A DNA stretch of 63,766 nucleotides, the filler included, from Hyphochytrium catenoides (Eukaryota; Protista; Hyphochytriomycota), in the NCBI GenBank assembly GCA_900088475.1. It is 9 parts of 9 records of this genome, joined end to end, with 100 filler letters (N's around TTAATTAATTAA, not from the genome) between each part and the next. Parts side by side here need not be neighbours in the genome. Positions count along the whole stretch, not along the records: positions 31,571 to 44,801 come from FLMG01000143.1; positions 44,902 to 51,777 come from FLMG01003152.1; 7 more parts are not named here. The stretch is one strand, 5' to 3'. Positions 37,038-48,570 of this stretch are shown here, in pieces. Every line of letters begins with the position of its first letter. Positions within the stretch are counted from its first letter, which is position 1. A model generated the notes under the pieces. It ran no database searches. It saw only the letters and a list, made by a program, of their open reading frames with translations, and was not told the DNA's origin. The position numbers were made by a program, and so were the translations under genes.

Positions 37038-39869
37038 ATGGGCTTAGGAGACTCCAGGCCGGCCCTTATTGGCCATCTTCTTGTTGTCGGCGGCATGATC
37101 CTCATGGTGTTATATGTCGTACTGGTCCACGCGACTTACCTCGTAAAGCCATTCAATGAGTTTATGGATGAGTTTGCCCACAGCCTTGAGAAACATTCTG
37201 CAGCGAAAGGCTACTATGGCAGCAGCTTTGCGTGGTACCTAGGTCACTTCCTTCGCCTCGGCCTTCCTACAGGCGTCTTCACGCTCTTGGGTCTGCTTTA
37301 CCTGCACCACTTCAAGGTGGATCCGGGTCAGGGGAAAGGTAGAGCACGTGACTGTCTTTCTCTATTTACGTCTAACATCTGGACACGGTTGGGCCGACCG
37401 CAGCTGTTCTGGTATGGTCGTTGGTTCTCCCTCGGCGAGCTCCTCTTCATTCTTCTCACGGTGCTCTTGACTCTTGTCAACCTTGTCACCTACCTGCAGT
37501 TTGTCTCTACGGAGTATGCTGACTATTTCTTAGCCGAACACAGTCGTACGGAGATGTGGATTGAGCTTTTCGCACTTGGCTTTGGTCTCTCAGGACTTTG
37601 CAGCTTCTTCTTCCTATTGTTTCCTGTTTCCCGAGGTGCCTTTTGGATGAAGTTGCTGGGTCTTTCCTTTGATCGATGCATCAAGTACCATCGTTGGCTT
37701 AGTCGTATTGCCATCTCTTGCTTCAACATTCATGGCCTGCTCTATTTTATCTTATGGTGGATCGAGGGAGAGTGGGTGGAGAATGCCGTGCCATGTAAGG
37801 CAGAGCAGGTCTCTGACTCTTTCATCCAGGAGTACCTCATTGCCGCCGCAGGTGCTCAGGCTGCAGCTGCGGCAAATGGGACACCTCTGGCGCTGCCAGA
37901 GCTCCCTTGTGACCCAAATATCCTGTGGTCCCAAGCCATGATGCGCTGGCAGAACTTCATGGGGCTTATTGCCGGGATCCTGTTTACCTTCATCTGGCTG
38001 ACCTCCCTGGAAGTAGTTCGCAGACGCTACTTTGAGCTCTTTTATTATTCTCACTTTCTCTTCATTGTAGCTTTCTACGCCTCTATCCTACACTTTCAGA
38101 CCATCCTTATGTTTATCTACCCCGCTGCTTTCCTTTATATAATCTTCAGGGTAAGGACAGGAGTGACAATGGCCATCAATGCAGAGGTGCAAGAGGTTCA
38201 ATGGTATCCAGAGTCTGAGCTCTTTGCCCTTCGCATTGCAAGGTCTCCTGAGATGGAGCACCAGTTCTATCCAGGGCAATATGTCTTCCTTTGTGTTCCT
38301 GCCATCTCTGAAGTCCAGTCTCATCCCTTCAGCATCAGCTCAGCTCCTTCTGATGACCCTCACTCCTTCACGGTGCACGCCAAGGTGTTGGGCACATGGA
38401 CAGCCAACATGGCACTGCTCATTCAAAGCTGCCTAACCGGTGAAGAGTCATCCTCCTCTTCCTCCGGCGCTACTGCTGCCAGTGAACAACGAGGAATCTC
38501 CTCCAGACCTATGCCTATGGTGAAGGTGGATGGGTACTACGGTGCCAGAGTCTCATATCACCTTCAAGAGCGCGTGGTGCTCCTGACAGGTGGCATTGGC
38601 GTCACTCCAGCTCTCAGTATCCTTAAGGAGTGCTATCAGCAACATCTCCGACGTCCCACCGCTCATAGGATGGTGGAGTTTCATTGGGTTGTCCGGGAGG
38701 AAGCTGTCATCTATCCCTTCATGTCATTGCTCGAAGACATCGTTACCACTGCGGGTCAAGCTTTTCAAGTCCACGTGTACGTCACCAGGCCGAAGGACAG
38801 CACTGTCGGGGCCACATCGACTCCAGACCGTAGTCGGGAAGATGCGGAAAGGAGCAGTAGCGTCGTTCTGGATGTGATGGGTACCAGCCATAGGAGGGCA
38901 GATGCGGAGAGTAAGAAGAGGGGAGACTTAGAAGGCTCAAGGCCTGGGGTGCTATCCCAAGTCGAGCTCGTAAAGCGAAACAAGCTTGCCTTGCAGACCT
39001 CAGCTCGCTCTCGCCGGGCCTTTACGCCGCTTCACCTCGGATGTTGGCACGAGGTAGCCCTCCATGTCTTGGTATGGGCAGCGGCCATGCTATCTGTGCT
39101 CCTCTTATGGTACTTCACAGGCGCAGCCAATACTACGGACAGAAAGGAGAAGTATGAGAAGCTTGGCCTAGACCCAGAGAATCATGAACAGTTTGAACTG
39201 ATCCTCCTTCCTGATCGTATTCCTTGGTATGTTGTTCGCATTGCAGAACCCACGCTCTTCATTGGCGTGGGAGGCTTGCTCACCTTCCTTATTATCAACC
39301 GCTGGGACACTCTTCAGTACCTCAACTGCAGGTGTCTCTGCCGGGGTAGTCCTACCCTCAGTAGGGGCAAAGTTAGAAGTACTATAGAAGAAGTAGACAA
39401 GCTGTCCCCTGCCGTTGCTCTAGCTGAAGAGGGTGACTACTGCTCTCCCGTGACAGCTATGAGTAAGCAACGTGCAGCAGCTGCAGCGGCCACAAGGACC
39501 ATACTTCAAACTGCGGACAACAATGGCTCTAATCGACATCACCGCGTGGACATTGAGATGGTGAATACTGGGCCGCCAGGCGGAGGCGACACTGGGAGAG
39601 AGAGAGAGGTTGACAACCGCTTCCCCATTTACCGTGGTCGGCGCCCGGTCGTTAATGAAATCCTAGATGCAGCCGTGGTGAGGCAGCATGAGCGCCTCCA
39701 AGAGGCTGAAGAGATAGCTGGAGGAAGCAGCAAGAAGGGGGAGACGGATGCTCCTCTGCATCTGTTTGTGGCTGGCCCTCATACGTTGCAGGATGCAGTT
39801 CGGGGCTATCTGAAGGGGCTCCAGGATCCTGCAGCAGTGATGGCTCACTTTGATGAATTCCAGTTCTAA
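37038..39869 (+). CDS. Ferric reductase (FRE/FRO, flavocytochrome b superfamily), intronless
   Basis: Heme His pairs YHRWLSRIAISCFNIH and SHFLFIVAFYASILH, FAD motifs PGQYVF and HPFSISS, NADPH motif GGIGVTP, terminal EFQF. Two extra TM helices sit inside the NADPH domain. First in-frame ATG is at 37038. Confidence 0.93.
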   Translation: MGLGDSRPALIGHLLVVGGMILMVLYVVLVHATYLVKPFNEFMDEFAHSLEKHSAAKGYYGSSFAWYLGHFLRLGLPTGVFTLLGLLYLHHFKVDPGQGKGRARDCLSLFTSNIWTRLGRPQLFWYGRWFSLGELLFILLTVLLTLVNLVTYLQFVSTEYADYFLAEHSRTEMWIELFALGFGLSGLCSFFFLLFPVSRGAFWMKLLGLSFDRCIKYHRWLSRIAISCFNIHGLLYFILWWIEGEWVENAVPCKAEQVSDSFIQEYLIAAAGAQAAAAANGTPLALPELPCDPNILWSQAMMRWQNFMGLIAGILFTFIWLTSLEVVRRRYFELFYYSHFLFIVAFYASILHFQTILMFIYPAAFLYIIFRVRTGVTMAINAEVQEVQWYPESELFALRIARSPEMEHQFYPGQYVFLCVPAISEVQSHPFSISSAPSDDPHSFTVHAKVLGTWTANMALLIQSCLTGEESSSSSSGATAASEQRGISSRPMPMVKVDGYYGARVSYHLQERVVLLTGGIGVTPALSILKECYQQHLRRPTAHRMVEFHWVVREEAVIYPFMSLLEDIVTTAGQAFQVHVYVTRPKDSTVGATSTPDRSREDAERSSSVVLDVMGTSHRRADAESKKRGDLEGSRPGVLSQVELVKRNKLALQTSARSRRAFTPLHLGCWHEVALHVLVWAAAMLSVLLLWYFTGAANTTDRKEKYEKLGLDPENHEQFELILLPDRIPWYVVRIAEPTLFIGVGGLLTFLIINRWDTLQYLNCRCLCRGSPTLSRGKVRSTIEEVDKLSPAVALAEEGDYCSPVTAMSKQRAAAAAATRTILQTADNNGSNRHHRVDIEMVNTGPPGGGDTGREREVDNRFPIYRGRRPVVNEILDAAVVRQHERLQEAEEIAGGSSKKGETDAPLHLFVAGPHTLQDAVRGYLKGLQDPAAVMAHFDEFQF

Positions 39870-42229
39870 TGTCAAGAGAAGAAGGCAAAGAAAATTCGCT
39901 GATGGGGCCTCTTACTCGTAGATAAAATGCTGATAAATAGTTCAGTGCTTACTCGTCTTTTAGATCCCAGAGCGGGAGAACTCCTAGAAAAGTAGCTAAT
40001 GACAAGGTGAACGCTTGCACTAGCTCAAGATATGTCAGCTCCCCTGGAGGAGGGCCGACCTCAATGCGTTGAAACTGTGCAACCGTGGACTCACTCGTCC
40101 ACTTCTCCATGAAGCTTGGTCAAGAATGCACAGATTCTAAGGGTCTGCTGAGTCTCTCAATCCCCAAAGCTGTTCCAGCTTCTCAGCGGCACTAAAGCCT
40201 AGAAATTATAGAATCATAAAGGACATCTCTACTAAGTCTTCAGGACCAGGCGCCGGCAGTCTCCGGTCATGAGCTATAGCTTCCTGTCGCTTTGCCGCCA
40301 AGGTGATTGAGGAGTGACGAAGCTCAGGCGGCGTTTTACTGCGACGAAGGACTGTTGCGGCTAAAGAGATGACGCCAGGCACCACCTTCTGCTAGGTCCT
40401 AGCGCTTGATGAGAATGAAGGCTGGGCCGAAGCACGTTCTCATCTTTTGCCAGCTTGCCCCGAGCACTCAGCTCTTCCGCCTCAGTCGCATCCGTCAACA
40501 AGCAGCATCTGCATCAGCTTTCTCTTGCTGGCTGGCTTTCCTGCTTCCTCTCGATCTCTTTGTTGATGATGTTCACTTGAAGCTCGCACTGAATACCAAA
40601 ATACCTCGGACGTCCGTAGATAAATCAAACGGATATCTAAAATAATTCTTCGATCGAGGCACATCCATGCAATAAGGTCCTAAAATGCACACCTCTTGAA
40701 AATAAAGCCTAGAAACGAACTTTACTGGCAGAAGTTACCACGTTCTATGGTTTACTTGGTTAAAATATGTCCATCTGCCGAAAGTAAGGAGCCGTGAATG
40801 GTGCCTTGGTGGAGGATTTGGACAGAATAAACTGTTGAGGGAGCAGAGAGCGAGATCTTTGTTGATCTTCCGGAGATCTTATCCGCTGCTTCCTCTATCG
40901 CAGGCCGTCCAACCTCCAGCGCTCGTCGACTTCAAGGATTGCTCTCCTTCGATAGGCTGGTCCTTATTAGCGGCACAGCGTCTTAGTCCGTGCCTGGTGC
41001 GTCTCTTTCCTCGCCCTCCCCATTGCAGAGCAACCTTAGGAACCTTTTGCTGCTTTATACCCAGCAACTCGCTTATAGGCTTATAGGGTTCCGCCCGTAT
41101 GTAGGTCTGCAGTTCAAGACGCTCCGCTCCACCCTGGGCACATAGCTCTATCGGCATGTCTTATGTTCCCACGACCGCATCGTCCAGATCAGGGCGGACA
41201 AGCACGTAGAAGACAGAATAAACTTCCATATTCTGTTCCGTTCGTTAGGAAGGAACGTAAGCTGCACCTATGAGTCAGTAGCATTGCCCAATAGAAGAGA
41301 TCTGTTTTGACCGTCAAAGATGTGCCCTTTCTTAGCCGTTCCCAAGAGTCATGACACAGGAGGAAACAAAGTTGAGGTCAAAGCGTTGTTGCCTGCGAGG
41401 TATCTGCTTGTCCTTATCATGCCCCTGGTAACAGATAATGGATGCAACGGGGGCCTTGCGCTGGGTCCTACTACTACGGCTGGGCAAGCCTGGATGACCT
41501 TGGAGTCATGGTCTCTCGTCTCGCACAGCCTTCCGTTCTATCGGCCTACGCTCCTCTTCCCTCTCTGTTTACTTCTTCCTTGCCGCCGTCGCTTCGTTCT
41601 CTCTATCGCGAGCAGCAAGGAAGAAATCAGGTACACTGTGTGCACAGTGTTCCAGAATAACTCTTTGACGCAGTCCGCACTCCATAGAATTTGCGGCAGA
41701 CAAATCAGTGAGAGCCCTTGATAATGGCGCTACATTATAGGTAACAGAGCTAGAGAGACGGAAGAGAGAGAGAGAGTTATAGAAAGATAGAGGGAAAGAC
41801 CTCGATGAGAAAGAGCTCCCTGGGGTAAGAAGTTGAAGCCTTGAAAAGGGAGATGGGAAGCCTTGTTGACTGATCAATCAAGGTTGTTATACGGCTTATG
41901 TATGGCTGTCGCTCTTCTAGCCCTTCCCTGTCCATCGCGAAATATCCTTTGAGAGGCTCAAGAAGTTTGAGACCTCATTTCGTTCTCTCTTCTCGTCTCT
42001 TCCTTCTTTGTTCTAAAGCTCTGATGAAAGGATTTATCCTGACTGCCGTCCTACACTTGTTTCCTCTTCAGCCTATCCCTTCGCTTAGCCCGTCACATTC
42101 AAACTTTTACCCTCTCCAACGCAAGAGAGCAGCATCTAAGAAGTCAACAGATATCGGTAGCAGGCGCTTATTACAGTCTGCTCAGAATCATCGCTTCGCT
42201 TCTTGATCGTGTTCAACCTCACAACCACC

Positions 42230-43746
42230 ATGCGGATCGTTAGCTTCGCCACCGTCTTCCTGGCCTGCGCGAGCATCCTCTCGTCCTGCAGCCTTGTTGC
42301 CGCGCAGGTGATGTACAGCAAGCCTTATAAGCTCACAGGCGTCGGTACCTCAGCAGGCCGCAGCCGGGTGGCGCGCACCGGCGCCGCTATTGAGGATATC
42401 GGAGCCAACTACGTCGTCGTCTACGCGACTCCTGAGGAGCACAAAGACCTTCAGCTGCTCTCTGCACGTGACGGATTTACTATGGAAGAGGTCTCTGAGA
42501 CAAATGGCCCTCAGCCTCAGGGCAACCCTGACATGTTGGACTTCCCTTCTGGCTACAAAGAGTATAACAACTATACGGAGATGGTCTCCCTTGTACAAGC
42601 CACTGCGTCCAAGTACAGCTCCATTGTCAGCCTCTTCAGCATCGGGAAGACTTACGAGCAGAGAGACATCTGGGCGGCCAAGATCTCTAGTAACCCAAGA
42701 GTAGACGAGGACAAACCCGAGGTAGCACCTCGCTTTTCTTTACTTCGTCTCATCTCTGTGGTCTCAGTCATCTCTCTTCCTCCTAGTGTCCGCCTCTACT
42801 TCGTCCCAGTTAGGTCATCCAAAGCCTAACCAGCGTTCCTCACGTACGTCTCTCCTCGACCGCCCTAGGTTCTCTTTGTTGGCAACCACCACGCCCGAGA
42901 ACACGTGACAACGGAGATGACTCTCTACCTCTTTGACATCCTGACCTCTGAGTATGCAACCAACACTACCATCAAAAACCTGGTGGACAGCCTAGAGATC
43001 TTCATCGTCTTTCAACTCAACCCCGACGGCTCAGAGTATGACCTTACAACCCCAGACTTCTTGGTAAGCCTCTCATCTTGCTGACCTCTCCTCCAATCCG
43101 ACTTCTGGTCTAACTCTTCCTCCTTTCTTCTTCTCATGAATAGAAATGGCGGAAGAACACCCAGCCAAACCGCAATGGAGGCAAGGGCGTCGATCTCAAC
43201 CGCAACTATGGGTACAGGTGGGGTTGCTGCGGTGGCTCTAGCGGCAGTCCCAGCAGCGAGACGTACAGAGGAGACTCTGCCTTCTCAGGCGTAGAGGCGC
43301 GTGTGATGAAGGACTTCATTGACAGCCGGGTCATCGGTGGCAAGCAGCAAATCCGGACGGCCATCTCCTTCCATTCCTTCAGTGAGCTAATTCTATGGCC
43401 TTACGGGTACACCACAAACAGGAGCCCATCAGATATGAACCCAGATGACTATAGAGTCTTTGAGACAATGGGCAAGGCTATGGCCAAGACCAACGGCTAT
43501 AAGCCAATGCAGGCAAGCGAGCTCTATGTCGCCGACGGTGTGTGGGACGACTGGGTTTACGGCGTGCATAAGATTATCGGCTTCACCTTTGAGCTGAGTC
43601 CTAAGGGAGGCGCCTTTGTCGGAAACGGTGGCTTCTATCCTGTGGGCGCCAAGATCAAGCAGATTGTCACGAACAACCGAGAAGCTGTGCTTTATCTCTT
43701 GGCAAACTCAGACTGCCCATACAAGGTCATCGGCAAGACGTGCTAA
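42230..43746 (+). CDS. Secreted M14A zinc carboxypeptidase, carboxypeptidase T-like; 3 exons
   Basis: Exons 42230-42721, 42869-43063 and 43144-43746 (GT-AG, phase 0). Signal peptide, pro-region, then mature start DFPS. Motifs [49 protein letters not shown] and terminal [11 protein letters not shown]. Confidence 0.95.
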
Positions 43747-45495
43747 GCGCTGGTTCTTCCTTCTATTTGTCCTTATATGTCCTCGTCTTTCTTCTCAAGT
43801 CGATTCTTCTAACACGCAGCGCCGCCGGGACTCTAGGACTAGTCCCCAAGCGCTATTAGTAGAGACAAGCAAAACACTAATGACATTAGGAGTTACCATT
43901 CTACGTCCTTTTAATGCAGAGACAAGCCTTGCAGCAACCTTCATAGCAACCTTCATAACGTCTGTCGCTTCCTTCCTTTCATGAGATGCCTTGCTGCCGT
44001 GTTAGTGACAGGAGTGTGACCAGTAGGTCACCTCCATATCAGATCAGTGGGGAGCGGTAGTTAGCACTATCAATGTTGATAGAGAGACAGGCAGCCGGGA
44101 CAAGCAAGCAGTCTGCATTGGATTTCGGCCCTCGTGGTTCTCTTTCACCAAGGTTTTGTTGCCCCGCTTAAGTGATGGGCTGCCCGATGTTCAACCACTG
44201 CGGTCCGAGATCATAGAAGAAGCTGACCTCGAGGACTGTGACGATGACGTCCAAGTCTGAAGGCAACAAGCTTAAAAATCGGCTCTAACCAGTTTGCAAA
44301 GACCTACCAGACGAGGAACCTTCATTTCATAAGAAGCAAGCAGCATGGCGCTAGTGTCATCGCTGCCTTTTCGTCCTTTCTAATCTGAAAAGGACCTGCT
44401 GGCACTTTCCTCACGTACACTTGGCTTTGCTCTCAGGCCTAATAACATCCTAGTTGTTGAAGTCAAAGAAGGAGAGCTCTGCGCGATCTGTCACGCTTTG
44501 CGGTCCGTACATCGAGGAAGAGCCACGAAGACACTACGAGGACAGAGCACTGACATATATCTCATATATTCTTACCGTTCAGGAGCCTTTCTTAGGCCAA
44601 GGAGAAGGAGAGATGCCAAGCACTTTGGTCTAAGATATATACCGTGCACCTCTTTCTAAGCAGCGCCTCTCTCTCTCTTCGGACTTCAGTCCTCTCCCTA
44701 CTCCTTTGTCGCTTACTTTTGCTCCTCTCTTCTTCCTCTCGTAAGTTCATTCCGCTTGTTTGCGCTCTGCCCTCTCCGTATCCTCTCTCTCTCTCTCTCT
44801 CNNNNNNNNNNNNNNNNNNNNNNNNNNNNNNNNNNNNNNNNNNNNTTAATTAATTAANNNNNNNNNNNNNNNNNNNNNNNNNNNNNNNNNNNNNNNNNNN
44901 NAGAGAGAGAGAAAAAGAGAAAAATCGTGGTACGACGGCTGCGCGCGGTTGGTCGGCTGATGACGGATCTGAGGCTGGAAGTCGGAAGATGACATAAAAC
45001 AGTGAAATACAAGGCAATAGAAGAGAGAGAGAAGCCGGGATGATGAGAGAACGCGTTTGCTTTTTGAGGAAGAGATGGCGAGAGGGGGAGAGAGAGAGAG
45101 GAGAGAAAAACAGAGAGGAGAGAGAAAGGGAGAGAGAGGAGAGAGAAAGAGGAGAGAGAAAGAGAAAGAGGAGAGAGGAAGAGAAACAGACGAGAGCAAG
45201 AGAAAAAAGAGGGAGAGAGTGAGAGGAGAAGAGAAAGAGAAAGCGAGAGAGAGAGGAAGAGAGAAGAAGAGAAGACAGGAAGTACTGCTCTTGTGTGGGA
45301 CAGAACTCTTCCTTCAAAGAGATAGCCGAGAAGGAGGACACCTGGCATGGAGGGAAAAGAGAGACAAAAGAGATTGGCACAGAGCTTGTCTTTCTCTAGT
45401 CAGGCAGCATCGCAGCTGCAACTTCCATATTAGAAGACAGAGTGCCGTAAGAGGGCCAGGGAAATGGAGGAAGAAGAGAGAGAGAGAGAGAGATC

Positions 45496-45534
<39 letters not shown>

Positions 45535-46088
45535 CGCAGAACGTGAGAACAATGGCGGAGGGAGGGAGACACCAAAAATCTGCCCTGTGATTGAAAGGGA
45601 TCAGGACAAAAGGACAGCTGAGCAGAGAGGAGCGAGAGAGAGGGAGAGAGGGAGCGAAAGAGAGAGAGGAAGAGAGCGAGAAAGAGAGATGAAGAGAGAG
45701 AGAGAAAGAGAGAGAGAGAAATGACAAATGCATCAGCAACCAACTGTCAAAAAAGTAACGATGGTGCCGGCATGTACTTACTAGCTGTCTTTCTGTGAAA
45801 AAAGTGACCCCTTTGCGTCAAATAAAGTCAGAACTGACAATTTTATGAAAATAAAAAACAGTTGGTCAGCTATGCTCCGTACATTGCTGGACAGCTAAAA
45901 TGTGAAATATGAATAGCTGTGTAAAGTAACACCCTTAATTCACATCTCCCAGTCAGTTAATGAAGGAGGGTTGGGAGGGGGCCCTGCAAAGAGTAAATGG
46001 GGGAAGAGATGTATCTATCCATACAGCCACGTACTACATCGTACACGGATACAGGGGTTTGTACACAGGTACGTTTTACAGAAAACTA

Positions 46089-47012
46089 AAGTAAAAATGA
46101 AACAGTACAGGACCAATGAGTACGCGATCCTCCTCGTATCTACCGCCTCATCATGCTCCGAAGAAGATCCCTGGGAGTACCAATCCTTGATGCGCCTGGA
46201 CAGTGCAAGTTGTGCCATGGGGACTTCGACGTATTTGGGGATCATGCGATGGTCTGCCGCTTGGCCCACCATCATCATCGATGTATGATGACTATACGTC
46301 ATGATGGCTTGCGGGCTTGCTCGTTCGGCGGGACTTTTGGTGGCTAGAGATGAGCCTCCCAACAGGGTGGTACTGCCCAATGGCCATCGCCCAGGTGACG
46401 TGGCCATTGAAGGCTTTGTTGAACCTCAAAGAGTTTGCACGCTTTTTGACGTTACTGTCTCCGACTCGCTGCAAACTAACACTTTACTCCATGCAACGGC
46501 TCAGACAGGATACTTCGCGGAGCGTGCACACAGGAGGAAAATTGCCCTCTATGCCGAGGAGTGTGCGGATCAGGGTTACGGTTTCTGCCCCTTAGCGTGA
46601 GAGTCCTTTGGTGGAGCCACGGAGGCGATTCATTCCACCCTGAAAAAAATGGCTTAGGGCTATCTCTGATAGGTGTGGGAGTGCGGATCTTCCTCTCTCG
46701 TCTCTCACTACTGCCCACCGCCTACAGACGGATCTCTGTCCTCCTCCTGCAACGCAGCAATGCAGAGATGGGGTTTCATGGAGTGCCTCAGCCTGCGCAT
46801 ACTGAGAATGTGTTCCTGGGTCAGCTTCCCGGCGGCGGAGCTGTTGCTGGAGAGGAGTGCTTCTATATTTGTGGTCATCAGAAGAGGAGGTGAAGTCTTT
46901 CTTGCTAGTTGTATAGTCTCATAGTAGTTCTAGTAGTAGGCGTTCTTGCATTATTGCTTTTATTATGCCGTTTACCACAGTTATTACTTACCGTCAACGA
47001 AGTAAAAATGAA
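46089..47012 (+). mobile_element. 5'-truncated, frameshifted non-LTR retrotransposon (CRE-like, restriction-like endonuclease C-terminus) with 13-bp TSD
   Basis: Zn knuckle CKLC..DHAMVC, IRHD, RPGD, FDVTV, RRKIALY, FCPLA*ESFGG and RISVLLLQRSNA, spread across shifted frames. AAGTAAAAATGAA occurs at both 46089-46101 and 47000-47012. Confidence 0.82.
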
Positions 47013-47180
47013 GTACAACTTTTAAGGTACATGTACGAGCTCATAGAGAGCCAGAGTAGACGAATTGTCTAATGTATATACCCGGGAGTAAATGGAAGGA
47101 TGTATCTGACTACCGTTTTAGTTATCTATCAGATAAAACAGTAGACAGTAGGATCCGGAGGTATCGAAAGAGGCAGCGAT

Positions 47181-47915
47181 CCTCATCGCAGTCATCAGCT
47201 TGCTTGCGGATCTCATTTATATTCTAAGAACAGTGATAAGGTTCTTACGAGGCGAGTGCACAGAGTAAGCGAAGGTTCTTGCTAATGAGTAGATTATATC
47301 TTCGTCTTCAGACTCTATTTCAGGGACAGTGAAGTATTATTATTCTTCATTGCTCACTACTCTACCATTTTCAAAGACATCAACCACTGTTCTCAGACCC
47401 TCGTCGCAGTCATCAGCTTGATTGCGGATCTGACTTATTGTATTCTAGGAACAGTAAGGTTCTTACGAAGAAACGAGTGGACAGAGCAAGCGAAGGGTCT
47501 TGCTAACTTGTTAATGAGTATATTATATCTTCGTCTTTAGACTCTTAGGGACATTAAAGATATAATTCTTCTTCATTGCTCATACTACTCTACCATTTCC
47601 AATGACATCAACCATTGCTCTTGCTAAGGAGTAGTTTATGTCATTGACAATGGTAGAGTGAGCAATGAAGAATAATTGTTTCTTCACTGTCCCTAAGAGT
47701 CTAGAGATGAAGATAATATAATCTACTCATCAGCAAGAGCCTTCGCTTACTCTGTGCACTCGCTTCTTCGTAAGAACTTTATGTTCTTTGAATATATTAA
47801 CTCATAGTCGCAAGCAAGCTGATGAGGGTGAGGAGGATCCTGAGAACAGTTGTTCATTTCATTGAAAATGGTAGGTGCGCAGTGAGAATAATATTATCTT
47901 CATTGTTGTCCCTAC
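47181..47915. repeat. ~220-bp unit: two tandem copies followed by ~1.3 inverted copies (palindromic array)
   Basis: CCTC.TCGCAGTCATCAGCTTG..TGCGGATCT starts at ~47181 and ~47399. Reverse-complement units run from ~47638. Confidence 0.88.
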
Positions 47916-48334
47916 AAATCCTACTCATGGCACCTACTTCCATGATAATAGACGGGTATGAGTAGGAGGAAGAAGGGAGAAGAAGCAAGAAGAAGGTGAA
48001 GAATGAGAAAAGAGAGAAGAAGATTCACGAATGTGGTCATAGCTGTCCCAACTTCGACGGGCCTACGATGCCTCTGAGGCACATGTAAGTGCCAGTGTGG
48101 ACATACGATAATGATGAGGCATTGTGGTCTAGATCTTGAGAGACCTCTGCTAGCTGCCAGTCAATGCCTGTCAGCTTGCCCCATCGATCGGTCATTGTAG
48201 CGCCAAGTGTGAGAGTCCCAAGTGTTCCAACAACTGGATAAAGTTTCTTTCATGTCTTTGTCTTTCGGGACGCTGGTCTCAAAAAGTCTCCCGCCGCGAA
48301 CCCTCGCGGACCTTCTTCCTTCCGGGCTCCACTC

Positions 48335-48570
48335 ATCATCATCAGAAGCCTGGAGATGTGTTGGTTCGTGGATTCTCACCTTCTTCCTATCAGTACTCGG
48401 CCTTTGATGTGTCTGTCACAGATTCGCTGCCGCCCAGAACTCATTTTCCCTATGCCGCGGCCGATGCCGGCAATCAAGGTTGTTGGTCTGAGAAAGCGAA
48501 GCTGAGGAAGAAGAATGATGAGGTTCCTTGCAAGGCTGTGGGGCTACACGTTGTCCTGGACTCTGTGTAA
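48335..48570 (+). mobile_element. Second, more decayed RLE non-LTR endonuclease relic
   Basis: HQKPGDVLVRGF...AFDVSVTDSL...EKAKLRKK parallels RPGDVAIEGF...LFDVTVSDSL...HRRK of the 46-kb element. Confidence 0.62.

Noticed and set aside
9591-39869. A metal/cofactor gene cluster (cobB, hemerythrin, ferric reductase)
   Set aside because: FRO is three artificial joins away. cobB and hemerythrin share a contig but have no demonstrable functional link.
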